Of a DNA stretch of 64,000 nt, positions 34,931 through 45,212 are shown piece after piece. The notes under the pieces were generated by a model, which was not told where the DNA came from, ran no database searches, and worked only from the letters and a program-made list of their open reading frames with translations. Both the position numbers and the translations under genes were made by a program. The stretch is taken from positions 465,743-529,742 of the forward strand of contig CP070837.1 of the NCBI GenBank assembly GCA_020341815.1. The letters run 5' to 3'. Each line of letters starts with the position of its first letter. Positions within the stretch are counted from its first letter, which is position 1. The stretch comes from Candidatus Omnitrophota bacterium. Lineage in GTDB: Bacteria > Omnitrophota > Gorgyraeia > JAFGHF01.

Positions 34931-35142
34931 CCCTACCCCCTTTAATGAGCACATCGCTTAGCGAACAAAGTGAAGCTAAGTGATAAGTGCGAATTGAACC
35001 CCGAACCAAAATACTGCCAAATATTACACTTTGGCAAAACTCGTGCCATATGGCATTAGTTCGCTCTTAGTTTCAACCATTGAAGTATTTTGGTACGGGG
35101 TAAGCTCGGACCTATAAGTTATGTCGCCTTAGATTAACTAAA
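34931..35142. repeat. ~210-bp structured nested repeat element, copy 2
   Basis: Homologous to 22661-22876 with compensatory stem changes. Confidence 0.85.
35034..35048 (-). promoter_or_regulatory. Sigma54 (-24/-12) consensus inside repeat copy 2
   Basis: TGGCACGAGTTTTGC matches TGGCACG-N4-TTGC. Confidence 0.35.
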
Positions 35143-35145
35143 GCT

Positions 35146-35997
35146 TCATAACTTATGTCCTCGCTTATAAAAAGCATCTTCTATTCGAGCAAACTCCTCT
35201 AAAGAAAGATTTTCCGGACGCACCTTAATGTCTATATCTTTATCTTTCAGCATCTTCTGAATACTCTCTTTTTCTATCCCGGGTAATTTATGGCTTAAGG
35301 AATTGGGAATAGTCTTTCTGCGCTGATTAAAACAGCTATGGACAATTTTAAAAAATTGCTCCTGGTTATTCACCTTAACAGAAGGTTTTTTAAGGATGTG
35401 CAAATGGACAAAGACAGAATCTACCTTTGGCTGGGGATAAAAGGCCCTTTTGGGAATAGGAAAAAGAACTCTGCAATCCGTAAAATACTTAATCAGGATA
35501 GTAATTGCCGAATAATCCTTGCTGTTTTTCTCCGCCCTCAGGCGCTCTCCCACTTCGCGCTGAACCGTAATAAATATGTCATTTATATTTTCTCTCTGTT
35601 TCTCCAATAGATAGGTGATAATAGGAGTAGTAATATAATAAGGGAGGTTGCCTACGACCTTTAATTTATTTCTGGTAAACTTTTCCATATCTATCTCAAG
35701 GATATCTCCAGAGATAATTTCAACATTCTTATATCCCGATAATCTTTTCCGCAATATCTTAACCAAACCCCTGTCCTTTTCGATAGCCTTCAATCCTGCC
35801 CCGCTTTTAGAAAGCTCTTCCGTTAAGGCACCCAGACCCGGACCGATTTCTAAAATTTCATCGCCTGATTTTATACTTATTGCATTAATAATTTTTTCCT
35901 GTATATGTTTATCAACAAGAAAGTTCTGCCCCCGGCGTTTGCTGATAACAAGGCCTTCTTCTTTCAGAATAGTTTTGATTTCTCTGGAGCTTAGCAT
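35146..35997 (-). CDS. rsmA: 16S rRNA dimethyltransferase RsmA/KsgA
   Basis: GQNFL, LEIGPGLGALT, GNLPYYITTP, PKVDS, QRRKT. Confidence 0.96.
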   Translation of the reverse strand: MLSSREIKTILKEEGLVISKRRGQNFLVDKHIQEKIINAISIKSGDEILEIGPGLGALTEELSKSGAGLKAIEKDRGLVKILRKRLSGYKNVEIISGDILEIDMEKFTRNKLKVVGNLPYYITTPIITYLLEKQRENINDIFITVQREVGERLRAEKNSKDYSAITILIKYFTDCRVLFPIPKRAFYPQPKVDSVFVHLHILKKPSVKVNNQEQFFKIVHSCFNQRRKTIPNSLSHKLPGIEKESIQKMLKDKDIDIKVRPENLSLEEFARIEDAFYKRGHKL

Positions 35998-36004
35998 TTT
36001 ATCT

Positions 36005-36958
36005 TTAACGTATTTTAACTATATCTGCGGATGTTACGTGTTCTCTGAAGCCGCTATCCAGGCGCACGATTAACGCGCCCTCATCATCGATATCCTGGGC
36101 CTGGCCTTCAATAGTCTTGTGCGCCAAAAATACTTTTACGCGCCTGCCGGAGAAAGCCGAAAGGTTTTTCCACTCTCTAATTAAATCCTCAGCACCCCTG
36201 CGCTCAAAGTTACGATAGTGCTTATCCAAATGCTGCAGGAGCTCACGGGCCAGGTCCAGGCGGGAAAAGTCTCTTTTAGTCTCTTTGCGCAAGGTGCCTG
36301 CCTCGGGCGGCAATTTACTGCGCTCTACATTAATTCCGATACCCAAAATAATAAACTTTACTCTATTTCCCTCTGTCTCTATTTCGGTAAGTATGCCGCA
36401 GACCTTTTTATTATTCACCAGGATATCATTGGGCCATCTGATTAAGGCCTTTAAGCCGCACACGCTTCTTATGCTCTCGGCACAGCTGGCGGCTGCCAGA
36501 AGCGTAATAAGCGATGCTTCATTTGAGGAAATATGCGGGCGCAACACCAGAGAAAGATAAATACCTTTTGATGTTGGCGAAACCCAGCCTCTACCCCTGC
36601 GGCCCCTGCCCTTTTTCTGCCCCTCGGCAAAGACTGCCGTTCCGCAAGGAGCCCCTTGCCTGGCCAAAGAAAAGGCAGTGGTATTGGTGGAATCAACAAC
36701 GTTGTAGGAAAGCACTTTGCGGCCGATTATTTTTGTATTCAACTGCCACTTCACTTCAGAAGCCGCCAGCCTATCCGGAAGACCCACCAGTTTATATCCC
36801 AGGTGTGGCTGATGTTGGATATCATAGCCTTCATCGCCTAACTTGGAAATATGCCTGGCGAGAGTCGGCTTAGAAAGAGAAACCCTCCTGGCCAACTCTT
36901 CGGCAGAGGTAAACTTATCTCTATGAGTACGCAATATCTTTAGTATCTTCTCATCCAT
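36005..36958 (-). CDS. birA: Bifunctional biotin ligase/repressor BirA
   Basis: N-terminal HTH, DSTN, Q..GRGR.GR.W, WPND, KVCGIL, GIGIN. Confidence 0.94.
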   Translation of the reverse strand: MDEKILKILRTHRDKFTSAEELARRVSLSKPTLARHISKLGDEGYDIQHQPHLGYKLVGLPDRLAASEVKWQLNTKIIGRKVLSYNVVDSTNTTAFSLARQGAPCGTAVFAEGQKKGRGRRGRGWVSPTSKGIYLSLVLRPHISSNEASLITLLAAASCAESIRSVCGLKALIRWPNDILVNNKKVCGILTEIETEGNRVKFIILGIGINVERSKLPPEAGTLRKETKRDFSRLDLARELLQHLDKHYRNFERRGAEDLIREWKNLSAFSGRRVKVFLAHKTIEGQAQDIDDEGALIVRLDSGFREHVTSADIVKIR

Positions 36959-38915
36959 CTAACTGTCTCTTTAGCTTGGCGATTTCATCGCGCAGGACAG
37001 CGGCCTTCTCAAATTGCAGGTTACGCGCAAGGCTATGCATCTCATCCTGCAATTGGGCAATAGCCAGCTCTATATCGTAATCTTTTGCTTTTTGCCCGGT
37101 GCGCTCAAGCACAAACCCCTCCGCCTCTTTCTGCACTTCGATACTTTCTTTAATTGCCTTCTCTACAGAGCGGGGCGTAATCTTATACTCGCGATTAAAT
37201 TCCATCTGGATTTTTCTTCTTCTATTGGTCTCATCTATCGCCTTTTTCATTGAACCGGTGATATTGTCACCGTAGAGAATAACCTGCCCATTGATATTTC
37301 TGGCTGCACGTCCGGCAACCTGTATCAGAGAGGTTGCCGAGCGCAAAAAGCCCTCTTTGTCCGCATCCAGAACTGCCACTAAAGAAACCTCCGGCAAATC
37401 CAGCCCCTCGCGCAAAAGATTAATTCCCACCAGGCAGTCAAACTTACGCATCCTTAAATCGCGCAGGATTTCGACCCGCTCGATAGCGCCTATCTCCGAG
37501 TGCAGATATCTCACCTGTAAATTCATCTCTTTCAGATAAGCGGCTAAGTCTTCGGCCATACGCTTGGTGAGCGTGGTTACCAGAACGCGCTCCCGGCGTT
37601 TGACCCTTTCCCTGACTAAGCCGATTAAATCATCGACCTGATTCTTTGTGGGTTTGACGATAATCTCAGGATCGATAAGGCCGGTGGGACGAATTATCTG
37701 CTCAACCACTTCTTTACTCTTTGATAGCTCATATTCGGAAGGAGTAGCCGAAACAAAGATTAAATTACTTGTCAATTTTTCAAACTCATCGAATCTCAAA
37801 GGGCGGTTATCCAACGCCGAAGGCAGGCGAAACCCGTATTTGACCAGGGTCTCTTTACGGGCGCGGTCGCCGTTATACATCCCGCGCACCTGGGGAACGG
37901 TTGCATGGGACTCATCGATGACAGTCAGGAATCTCTCGGGGAAATAATCAAGAAGGCAGTAAGGCCGTGAACCGGCAGGCCTTCCGCTTAAATGGCGGGA
38001 ATAATTCTCTATTCCCTGGCAATAGCCCAGCTCTTTAAGCATCTCCATATCATAACGGGTGCGCGACTGTATCCTCTGGGCCTCCAGGAGCTTATTCTGT
38101 TTTTCTAATTCTTCAACCCTTTTCTTTAATTCCGCCTCAATTGATGTTAGAGCCCTTTCTATACGGCTTTCCGTAGTTACAAAATGTTTTGCCGGATAAA
38201 GGACAAAACTCTCTAAGGGTTCCTTGCCTTTACCCGTAACGGGGTCAATTTCACAAATCTTATCGATTTTATCTCCAAACTGCTCAACCCGAAAGGCCCG
38301 CTGGCGGTATGCGGGAAATATATCGATTACGTCTCCGCGCACCCTGAACTTCCCCCGATGGAAATCGACGTCATTTCTTTCATACTGAATATCTACCAAT
38401 CTCTCCAGAAGTTCCCTGCGGGGAAGTTCTTGTCCCCGCTCCAGGCGCAAGAGTTTCTCCTCATATTCTGTGGGTGAGCCCAGATTATAAATACAGGAGA
38501 CGCTTGTTACAACGATTACATCGCTTCTGGTCATCAGAGAGCTGGTTGCCGAAAGCCTCAGGCGGTCCAATTCATCATTGATAGAGGCATCCTTCTCAAT
38601 ATAGGTGTCTGTCTGGGGAATATAGGCCTCCGGCTGATAATAATCATAATAGCTGACGAAATATTCCACGGCGTTATGGGGGAAAAAGTCTTTAAACTCG
38701 CTATAAAGCTGAGCGGCTAAGGTCTTATTATGGGAAATTACCAGGGTAGGCAGATTTGCGCGGGCAATAACATTGGCCAGGGTAAAGGTCTTGCCTGAGC
38801 CGGTAACGCCAAGAAGGGTCTGATAGGGTTTGTCTTTTTCAAGGCCCTGGCTTAATTGTTCAATGGCCTGAGGCTGGTCACCGCAGGGTGAAAAAGGGCT
38901 GACTAATTTGAACAT
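36951..38915 (-). CDS. uvrB: Excinuclease ABC subunit B
   Basis: [37 protein letters not shown] domain. Confidence 0.98.
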   Translation of the reverse strand: MFKLVSPFSPCGDQPQAIEQLSQGLEKDKPYQTLLGVTGSGKTFTLANVIARANLPTLVISHNKTLAAQLYSEFKDFFPHNAVEYFVSYYDYYQPEAYIPQTDTYIEKDASINDELDRLRLSATSSLMTRSDVIVVTSVSCIYNLGSPTEYEEKLLRLERGQELPRRELLERLVDIQYERNDVDFHRGKFRVRGDVIDIFPAYRQRAFRVEQFGDKIDKICEIDPVTGKGKEPLESFVLYPAKHFVTTESRIERALTSIEAELKKRVEELEKQNKLLEAQRIQSRTRYDMEMLKELGYCQGIENYSRHLSGRPAGSRPYCLLDYFPERFLTVIDESHATVPQVRGMYNGDRARKETLVKYGFRLPSALDNRPLRFDEFEKLTSNLIFVSATPSEYELSKSKEVVEQIIRPTGLIDPEIIVKPTKNQVDDLIGLVRERVKRRERVLVTTLTKRMAEDLAAYLKEMNLQVRYLHSEIGAIERVEILRDLRMRKFDCLVGINLLREGLDLPEVSLVAVLDADKEGFLRSATSLIQVAGRAARNINGQVILYGDNITGSMKKAIDETNRRRKIQMEFNREYKITPRSVEKAIKESIEVQKEAEGFVLERTGQKAKDYDIELAIAQLQDEMHSLARNLQFEKAAVLRDEIAKLKRQLDG

Positions 38916-38946
38916 AGATTAAGACTAGATTTTATTTGCCTAATAC

Positions 38947-38999
38947 AAAAATCACCTGCTTTTTCCGCTATTTTGCTCTGGAAAAAAGTCAGGTGGATT
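38947..38999 (-). terminator. Hairpin downstream of the TolB-like gene
   Basis: AATC-ACCTG-CTTTTTCC / GGAAAAAAG-T-CAGGT-G-GATT, followed by T residues on the minus strand. Confidence 0.45.
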
Positions 39000-39012
39000 G
39001 ATTTATTATGTC

Positions 39013-40020
39013 TTATTTATCATTCCTGGTTTTTCTCCAAAAAATATTAGAATTAGGGGTTAGCTTTGATTTAAAATTGTGAATTATTCTTCCTCTCCTT
39101 TTTTTAATGTCTATACACCAATACTCTGCGTGAAGCGGTGTAATGTCTCCTCCAATCCATTTATTAAGAAGAACATATCGACTATCTGGAGACCAGACAG
39201 GTTGGGAGGCAATGCCTAAAGGATATATCCAAAATGCTTTATTGTTAAAAATTTCCTTTCGATTTTTTGTTTCTAAATTTAATACATAATATTTCCCATC
39301 ACCTGTACGACCTTCTTGTGATTCATGCCCATTTTTATAGAATTTTCGCCATCTTTTACCTTGTCTATACGCTATTTTTTTACCATCTGGCGACCAAGAG
39401 GGGACATCTCCAAAATCTTCAGTTATTTGTGTCAAATGTGAACCGTTTTTATCTACAACCATAATATGGCCAGCTGCATCGGTAAAGGTTATTCTTTTAC
39501 CATCCGGCGACCAAGAAAAAACCAAAGGCGATAAAGCGTTAACCGAATCTTTTACAACAAGATGCGAAGATTTTTCTTTAATGTTAAAAATATATAAACT
39601 ACACGTTGCCCTTTCATAATTGTAATCGCCCAGATAGGCTATTTCATTATTATTTACAGGAGACCATATTGCGTTTTGAACCCATTTTTCTTGGTCTGAT
39701 TTAAACAATCTTTCTTTTTGACTGCCATCGAGATTCGAAATCGTTAGAAAAGTTCCGCTTGATTGTATAGATTCTCTATATACTATTTTTTGCCCATCTG
39801 GAGAAATGGAAAAGACATATCCTAGCTCAGAAGATATAGGGGTAAATCGGCCATTAAGATATAGTTTACATAATATATTTTGATTGCCAGCTAATATATC
39901 CCAGTTGTTTTCTTTAACTTTAGCGCAAAAGGAAGCTTCCGAAGGACATGCAGGATATACAGGTAGCATTAATACAAAGATTAATAACAAAACCGATATT
40001 TTCTTATATTCTTTTAACAT
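39013..40020 (-). CDS. Exported TolB-like (PD40/WD40) beta-propeller protein
   Basis: Signal-like N-terminus from ATG 40020; repeated SPDG/WSPD motifs; visibly AT-rich. Confidence 0.75.
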   Translation of the reverse strand: MLKEYKKISVLLLIFVLMLPVYPACPSEASFCAKVKENNWDILAGNQNILCKLYLNGRFTPISSELGYVFSISPDGQKIVYRESIQSSGTFLTISNLDGSQKERLFKSDQEKWVQNAIWSPVNNNEIAYLGDYNYERATCSLYIFNIKEKSSHLVVKDSVNALSPLVFSWSPDGKRITFTDAAGHIMVVDKNGSHLTQITEDFGDVPSWSPDGKKIAYRQGKRWRKFYKNGHESQEGRTGDGKYYVLNLETKNRKEIFNNKAFWIYPLGIASQPVWSPDSRYVLLNKWIGGDITPLHAEYWCIDIKKRRGRIIHNFKSKLTPNSNIFWRKTRNDK

Positions 40021-40072
40021 AATTCTTAATTTGCGGGTTTTGCGAAAATTGTTATTCTTTGTGCGTTGAAAA

Positions 40073-40912
40073 TTATTCAACGACTTCAAGTGACACATCC
40101 AAGGCTTTTGCCGAATGGGTAAGCTCTCCTACGGAAATCATCTCTACTCCGCAGGCGGCAATCCTGCGCACATTATCTAAGCTTATGCCGCCGGAGACCT
40201 CTATGGGTATCCTGCTTCTTGCCTTATGTCTCATTGCCACTGCCTTATTAATCTCTTTCAGAGACATATTGTCCAGCATAATAATGTCAGGACGGGCTTC
40301 CAAGGCCTGCTTAAATTGAGCCAGAGTCTTAACTTCAAGTTCTATCTTCATGCCTCGGGGTCTTTTTTTCCTGGCCTTTTTGACTATCTCCTGCAAATCT
40401 TTCTGGTGCAAAAGATGCAAATGATTATCTTTAATCAGGATTTGATCCCACAGGCCCATACGATGATTAAAGCCGCCTCCGCAACGCACGGCAAACTTTT
40501 CTAAAATACGCAAGCCCGGGGTGGTCTTACGCGTATCCATAATCCTAACGCGATAAGGCCTGGCGCGCTGAACGAACTTGGCTGTTAAGCTAGCGATACC
40601 TGAGAGCCGTCCCAGGAAATTCAAAGCTACTCTCTCTGCCTTTAAGATACTGAGCGCTCTGCCTTCCAAGCGAGCAAGCACTTTGCCTCTGGCGACTCTG
40701 CTGCCCTCGCGAACCTGCGCAGAAAAACGGACTTCTTTATCCACGGCTTCAAAGGCTGATCTGACTGCACCCAGACCGCAGACCACGCCCCCTTCTTTAG
40801 CTATTATCACCGCTTTTATTCTCTTTTTGGCCGGGATAATTAGCTTGGAGGTAATATCGCCCTTCGCTATATCTTCCCGCAGGGCCAATTTAATCATTGA
40901 GAGGGTTTTCAT
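40073..40912 (-). CDS. nadC: Quinolinate phosphoribosyltransferase
   Basis: EDI..GDITS, ERVALN, DTRKTTPG, IKDNH, MLDNM, EVSGG. Confidence 0.96.
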   Translation of the reverse strand: MKTLSMIKLALREDIAKGDITSKLIIPAKKRIKAVIIAKEGGVVCGLGAVRSAFEAVDKEVRFSAQVREGSRVARGKVLARLEGRALSILKAERVALNFLGRLSGIASLTAKFVQRARPYRVRIMDTRKTTPGLRILEKFAVRCGGGFNHRMGLWDQILIKDNHLHLLHQKDLQEIVKKARKKRPRGMKIELEVKTLAQFKQALEARPDIIMLDNMSLKEINKAVAMRHKARSRIPIEVSGGISLDNVRRIAACGVEMISVGELTHSAKALDVSLEVVE

Positions 40913-43626
40913 TTCAGGTGAAATCCTTTAAGGTTATCTTTCAACTTCTTGATAGAATCTTTGAGTTTTTCTTTTTTCTCCTTTTCCCTTTCCACAATCT
41001 CTTTGGGCGCTTTGCTTATAAACTCTTTGTTTTTAAGTTTTTTATCCGTAATCTCTAAGAGTTTTTCCAAATCGTAACGTTTCTGGGTCAGGCGCCTGGC
41101 TTCCTTCTCTACATTGATAATGCCTTCTAAGGGAATAAATATTTCTACGTCGGTCAACACTGCTACGGCCGCGCCCTTTGGCCTTTTTAAGTTCCGGCCG
41201 ACTTTTAAGCTCTCTATTCTGGCCGAATCTTTAATATATGAAGCGCAGGAGCTAAATAATTTTTCCAGGGCCTGCGAGGCGACAGAAATCTCTGCCTGAA
41301 TATTTTTATTGGTCTCAATCTGCCAGACCGAACGGATATTCCTTATTGCTACAATAGAGGAGATTATTCTCTGCATCTGGGCATCAATTTTCTCATCGAT
41401 AAATTGCTTCTCCACATGCGGCCAGGGAGATATCATAATCGATTTTCCCTCATGAGGCAGACTCTGCCAGACCTCCTCCGTAATAAAGGGCATAAAAGGA
41501 TGAAGCATTCTCAAGGTCTTCTCCAGGACCTTATAGAGCACAAGCTGAGTTTGCTTTGAAGAAATAGTTTTCTTGGCCAGTTCGATATACCAGTCGCAGA
41601 ACTCATGCCAGAAAAACTCATAACAGCTTTTGGCCGCATCGTTAAAGCGGAAATTATCCAGGGATTTGGTTACATTATCCAGTGTCTGATAAAAGCGGCT
41701 TAAGATCCATCTCTCTTTCAGCTCCGTAATATCCTTGGCGCTTAAGCACAAATCCGCTTTCGCCTTTTCTTTATCCAGATTCGTCAGGATAAACCGCGCG
41801 GCATTCCAGATTTTATTGGCGAAGTTGCGCCCGCCCTCAAACTTATTCTGGGCCAGATTTACGTCCTGGCCTGTGGCTACAAGCGAAATAATGCTGAAGC
41901 GCAACGCATCGCACCCGTATTGCTTGACAATCTCCAGGGGGTCGATGATATTGCCTAATGACTTGGACATCTTGGTGCCGGTAATATCCCTGACTGTGCC
42001 GTGAATATAGACGTCACTGAAAGGTGCCTCTTTCATAAAGTGCATACCGGCCATAATCATCCTGGCCACCCAGAAAAAGATTATCTCCTGCGCAGTAACC
42101 AAAACTTGCGTAGGATAAAAATATTTGAGCTCCTCGGACTGCTTCTTATCCAATGTCGGCCAACCGAAAATAGCAAAAGGCCAAAGCCAGGAGGAAAACC
42201 AGGTGTCCAAGACATCTTCATCCTGTTTGAGGTCTGTCCTGCCGCAGCGCGGGCAGAACTTGGGGTTCTCCAGGGAAACCAGGATTGAAGCCTCCAGAAG
42301 GTCTATTCTTTCCGTAAGCAGGGCCTTTCCTTTATGCGCGGCATCATAGGCCCTTTTGCAATCCGGGCAATACCAGGCAGGGATGCGATGTCCCCACCAG
42401 ATCTGGCGGCTGATACACCAGCCGTGCAGGCCTTTCATCCAGTTCAAATAAACCTTTTTCCAGCGCGGAGGATGAAACTTCAGCTTGCCTTTCTTGACTA
42501 TATCTTCTGCGGCTTCGGCAAGCTTGGGCATATCCACAAACCACTGCTCCGAAAAGTAGGGTTCGACCATGGTGTGACAGCGATAGCAGTGCCCTACGGA
42601 ATGTTCGTGAGGCACAATCTTCTCCAGAAGCCCCCTTTCCTCCAAATCCTCCAGGATGGCCTCACGGGCCTCAAATCTATCCATGCGCTGATAATCAAGG
42701 GGCACATTCTGATTCATTGTGGCGTTTGGATTCATCACTATTTTGGCGTAAAGGCTATGCCTGCGGGCAATCTCAAAATCATTAGGGTCATGGGCGGGGG
42801 TTACCTTGACAATCCCCGTGCCGAATTTAGGGTCGACACCGGAATCGCCGATAATGGGAATCTCCTCTTCCACTAAAGGCAAAATCACGGTCTTGCCAAT
42901 CAGCTTTTTATATCTCTTATCCTTAGGGTTGACCGCTACAGCCGTATCCCCGAGCATAGTTTCCGGGCGGGTGGTAGCTACTACAATATAATCCATCCCT
43001 GAATCCTTAAGGGGATACTTTATGTAATAAAGATTCCCCTTGACCTCTTTGTGTGCGGATTCCTCATCGGAAAGCGCAGTCTGGCAGCGCGGACACCAGT
43101 TGATGATATAATTCGCTTTATAAATCAAGCCTCGCTCGGCCAGACGGATAAACACCTCCGTGACTGCCAGGCTATACTGCTCATCCATAGTAAAACGCGT
43201 TCTCTGCCAGTCACAGGAACAGCCTAATTTTTTCAACTGGGTAATAATTGTGGAACCGTATTTTTCCTTCCAGAGCCAGGTCCTCTCTAAAAACTTTTCT
43301 CTGCCCAAGTCCTGACGTCTTAAGCCTTCGTGGGCAATCTCCTTTTCCACTACATTCTGGGTGGCAATTCCGGCGTGGTCGGTGCCGGGCATCCAGAGCG
43401 TGGCATAACCCTGCATGCGCCGAAAACGGATAAGAATATCCTGAACGGTATTGTTCAAGGCATGACCCATATGCAGGATACCGGTAATGTTTGGCGGGGG
43501 AATAACTATGCAGTAGGGTTTTCTCTTGGAATCAACCTCGGCGTGAAAAAAGTTATTTTCTTCCCAAAATTGATACCACTTCTCTTCACTCTGCTTGGGA
43601 TTATATCTGGGAGGAATAGTAATCAC
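40909..43626 (-). CDS. valS: Valine--tRNA ligase
   Basis: PPNITG.LHMGH, ATTRPET, WCISRQIWWGH, KMSKS, C-terminal coiled coil. Confidence 0.98.
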   Translation of the reverse strand: MITIPPRYNPKQSEEKWYQFWEENNFFHAEVDSKRKPYCIVIPPPNITGILHMGHALNNTVQDILIRFRRMQGYATLWMPGTDHAGIATQNVVEKEIAHEGLRRQDLGREKFLERTWLWKEKYGSTIITQLKKLGCSCDWQRTRFTMDEQYSLAVTEVFIRLAERGLIYKANYIINWCPRCQTALSDEESAHKEVKGNLYYIKYPLKDSGMDYIVVATTRPETMLGDTAVAVNPKDKRYKKLIGKTVILPLVEEEIPIIGDSGVDPKFGTGIVKVTPAHDPNDFEIARRHSLYAKIVMNPNATMNQNVPLDYQRMDRFEAREAILEDLEERGLLEKIVPHEHSVGHCYRCHTMVEPYFSEQWFVDMPKLAEAAEDIVKKGKLKFHPPRWKKVYLNWMKGLHGWCISRQIWWGHRIPAWYCPDCKRAYDAAHKGKALLTERIDLLEASILVSLENPKFCPRCGRTDLKQDEDVLDTWFSSWLWPFAIFGWPTLDKKQSEELKYFYPTQVLVTAQEIIFFWVARMIMAGMHFMKEAPFSDVYIHGTVRDITGTKMSKSLGNIIDPLEIVKQYGCDALRFSIISLVATGQDVNLAQNKFEGGRNFANKIWNAARFILTNLDKEKAKADLCLSAKDITELKERWILSRFYQTLDNVTKSLDNFRFNDAAKSCYEFFWHEFCDWYIELAKKTISSKQTQLVLYKVLEKTLRMLHPFMPFITEEVWQSLPHEGKSIMISPWPHVEKQFIDEKIDAQMQRIISSIVAIRNIRSVWQIETNKNIQAEISVASQALEKLFSSCASYIKDSARIESLKVGRNLKRPKGAAVAVLTDVEIFIPLEGIINVEKEARRLTQKRYDLEKLLEITDKKLKNKEFISKAPKEIVEREKEKKEKLKDSIKKLKDNLKGFHLK

Positions 43627-45191
43627 TATCTTTTATCTTTCAAGAGCTTATATTCAACGCTATCCACCAGGGCCTGCCAGGATGCCTCAATAATATTTTC
43701 AGAAACTCCTACCGTGCCCCATGAGTCTTTCTCATCCTGCGACTGAATTAAGACGCGCACGCGCGCTGCGGTTCCCACACGCTCATCCAGGACCCGCACC
43801 TTAAAGTCGGTCAGGTGCATCTTGGCCAAAGCCGGATAAAACTCTAATAATGCTTTACGTAAAGCATTATCCAGTGCATTTACCGGCCCGTCCCCTTCGG
43901 AGGCCGTGTGCTCTTCGATCTTATTTACTTTCAACTTAATGGCGGCCTCGGAGGTAACCTTACCGTCCTTTTCCTTTTCAATAATTACCCGGAAACCTTC
44001 TAAATCAAAAAACTTTTTATACTTTTTCATCGCCTTCTTCATCAGAAGCTCAAAAGAACCCTCGGCGGCCTCGAACTGATACCCCTCATGTTCCAAATCC
44101 TGCAGGAGCTTAAGAATCTTTTTGGTGTGCGGAGCCTCCTTCTTCAGGCCCAACTGAAGCTCCTTTGCTTTCAAAAGAATGGAGGTCCTTCCCGAAAGCT
44201 CCGATACCAGAAAACGGCTCTTGTTGCCCACAAGATCCGGCTTGATGTGTTCGTAAGTAAGCGGGTGCTTAACCATAGCGTTGATGTGCACCCCGCCTTT
44301 ATGTGCAAAGGCGCTTTCACCCACAAAGGGCTGGTTATTCTGATGGCGCATGTTACTGACTTCACTTATATAATGGGAAACCTCGGTCAGTTTTTTTAGC
44401 TGGGTATCGGAGATACAATCTATGCCCAGCTTCAGTTTAAGATTGCCGATACAAACTATCAAATCCGCATTTCCGCAGCGCTCGCCATAGCCGTTCATTG
44501 TGCCCTGAACGTGCTCGCAGCCCTCCTCAACAGCGGCAATACTATTGGCTGCGGCCATCCCGCAATCATTGTGGGTGTGAATACCTAAAGGCGCTTTTAT
44601 CTTAGGCTGCACTCTTCTGACTATCCCTGCCACCGCAGAAGGAATCATTCCGCCGTTTGTCTCGCATAAAACTATTATATCCGCTCCCGCTTCCTCTGCA
44701 GCCAGAACGGTCTTTAAGGCGTAATCAAAATCATCTTTTGCTGCGTCAAAGAAGTGCTCGGCATCATAGATAACCTCACGCCCCTTCTTTTTCAAGTAGG
44801 CGATGGATGAAGAAATCATCTTTAAGTTTTCATCCAGGCTTGTCTTTAAAACGTATTTAACATGCAAATTCCAGCTTTTCCCGAATAAGGTAACCACCTC
44901 TGTCTCGGCTTTCAGCAGGGCCTTGATGTTGGCGTCTTTTGCAGGAGTTGTGTGGGCGCGAACGGTCGAGCCAAAGGCGCAAATCCTGGCATTTTTCATA
45001 TGAGATTTTTTTATCTCTTTGAAGAATTGCATATCTTTGGGGTTTGAGCCCGGCCAGCCGCCTTCGATATAATGCACGCCTAAAGAATCCAATTTCCGGG
45101 CAATCCTCAATTTATCCGAGACCGAATAAGAGATCCCTTCTGTCTGCGCCCCGTCTCTTAAGGTAGTATCGTATAACTCAACCTTACGCAT
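43626..45191 (-). CDS. cimA: (R)-citramalate synthase
   Basis: [41 protein letters not shown]. Confidence 0.9.
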   Translation of the reverse strand: MRKVELYDTTLRDGAQTEGISYSVSDKLRIARKLDSLGVHYIEGGWPGSNPKDMQFFKEIKKSHMKNARICAFGSTVRAHTTPAKDANIKALLKAETEVVTLFGKSWNLHVKYVLKTSLDENLKMISSSIAYLKKKGREVIYDAEHFFDAAKDDFDYALKTVLAAEEAGADIIVLCETNGGMIPSAVAGIVRRVQPKIKAPLGIHTHNDCGMAAANSIAAVEEGCEHVQGTMNGYGERCGNADLIVCIGNLKLKLGIDCISDTQLKKLTEVSHYISEVSNMRHQNNQPFVGESAFAHKGGVHINAMVKHPLTYEHIKPDLVGNKSRFLVSELSGRTSILLKAKELQLGLKKEAPHTKKILKLLQDLEHEGYQFEAAEGSFELLMKKAMKKYKKFFDLEGFRVIIEKEKDGKVTSEAAIKLKVNKIEEHTASEGDGPVNALDNALRKALLEFYPALAKMHLTDFKVRVLDERVGTAARVRVLIQSQDEKDSWGTVGVSENIIEASWQALVDSVEYKLLKDKR

Positions 45192-45212
45192 AACAAAACT
45201 CCTCACAACTTA

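Noticed and set aside
42280-42360. Extra ~20 aa in the ValS zinc-binding loop as a repeat insertion
   Set aside because: No palindrome or tandem unit is visible in the DNA, and this loop is variable in ValS.
42001-43746. Plus-strand ORFs up to 180 aa opposite valS, and similar shadow ORFs throughout (e.g. 15416-15913, 53958-54473)
   Set aside because: Antisense to well-conserved genes, with no motifs or RBS.
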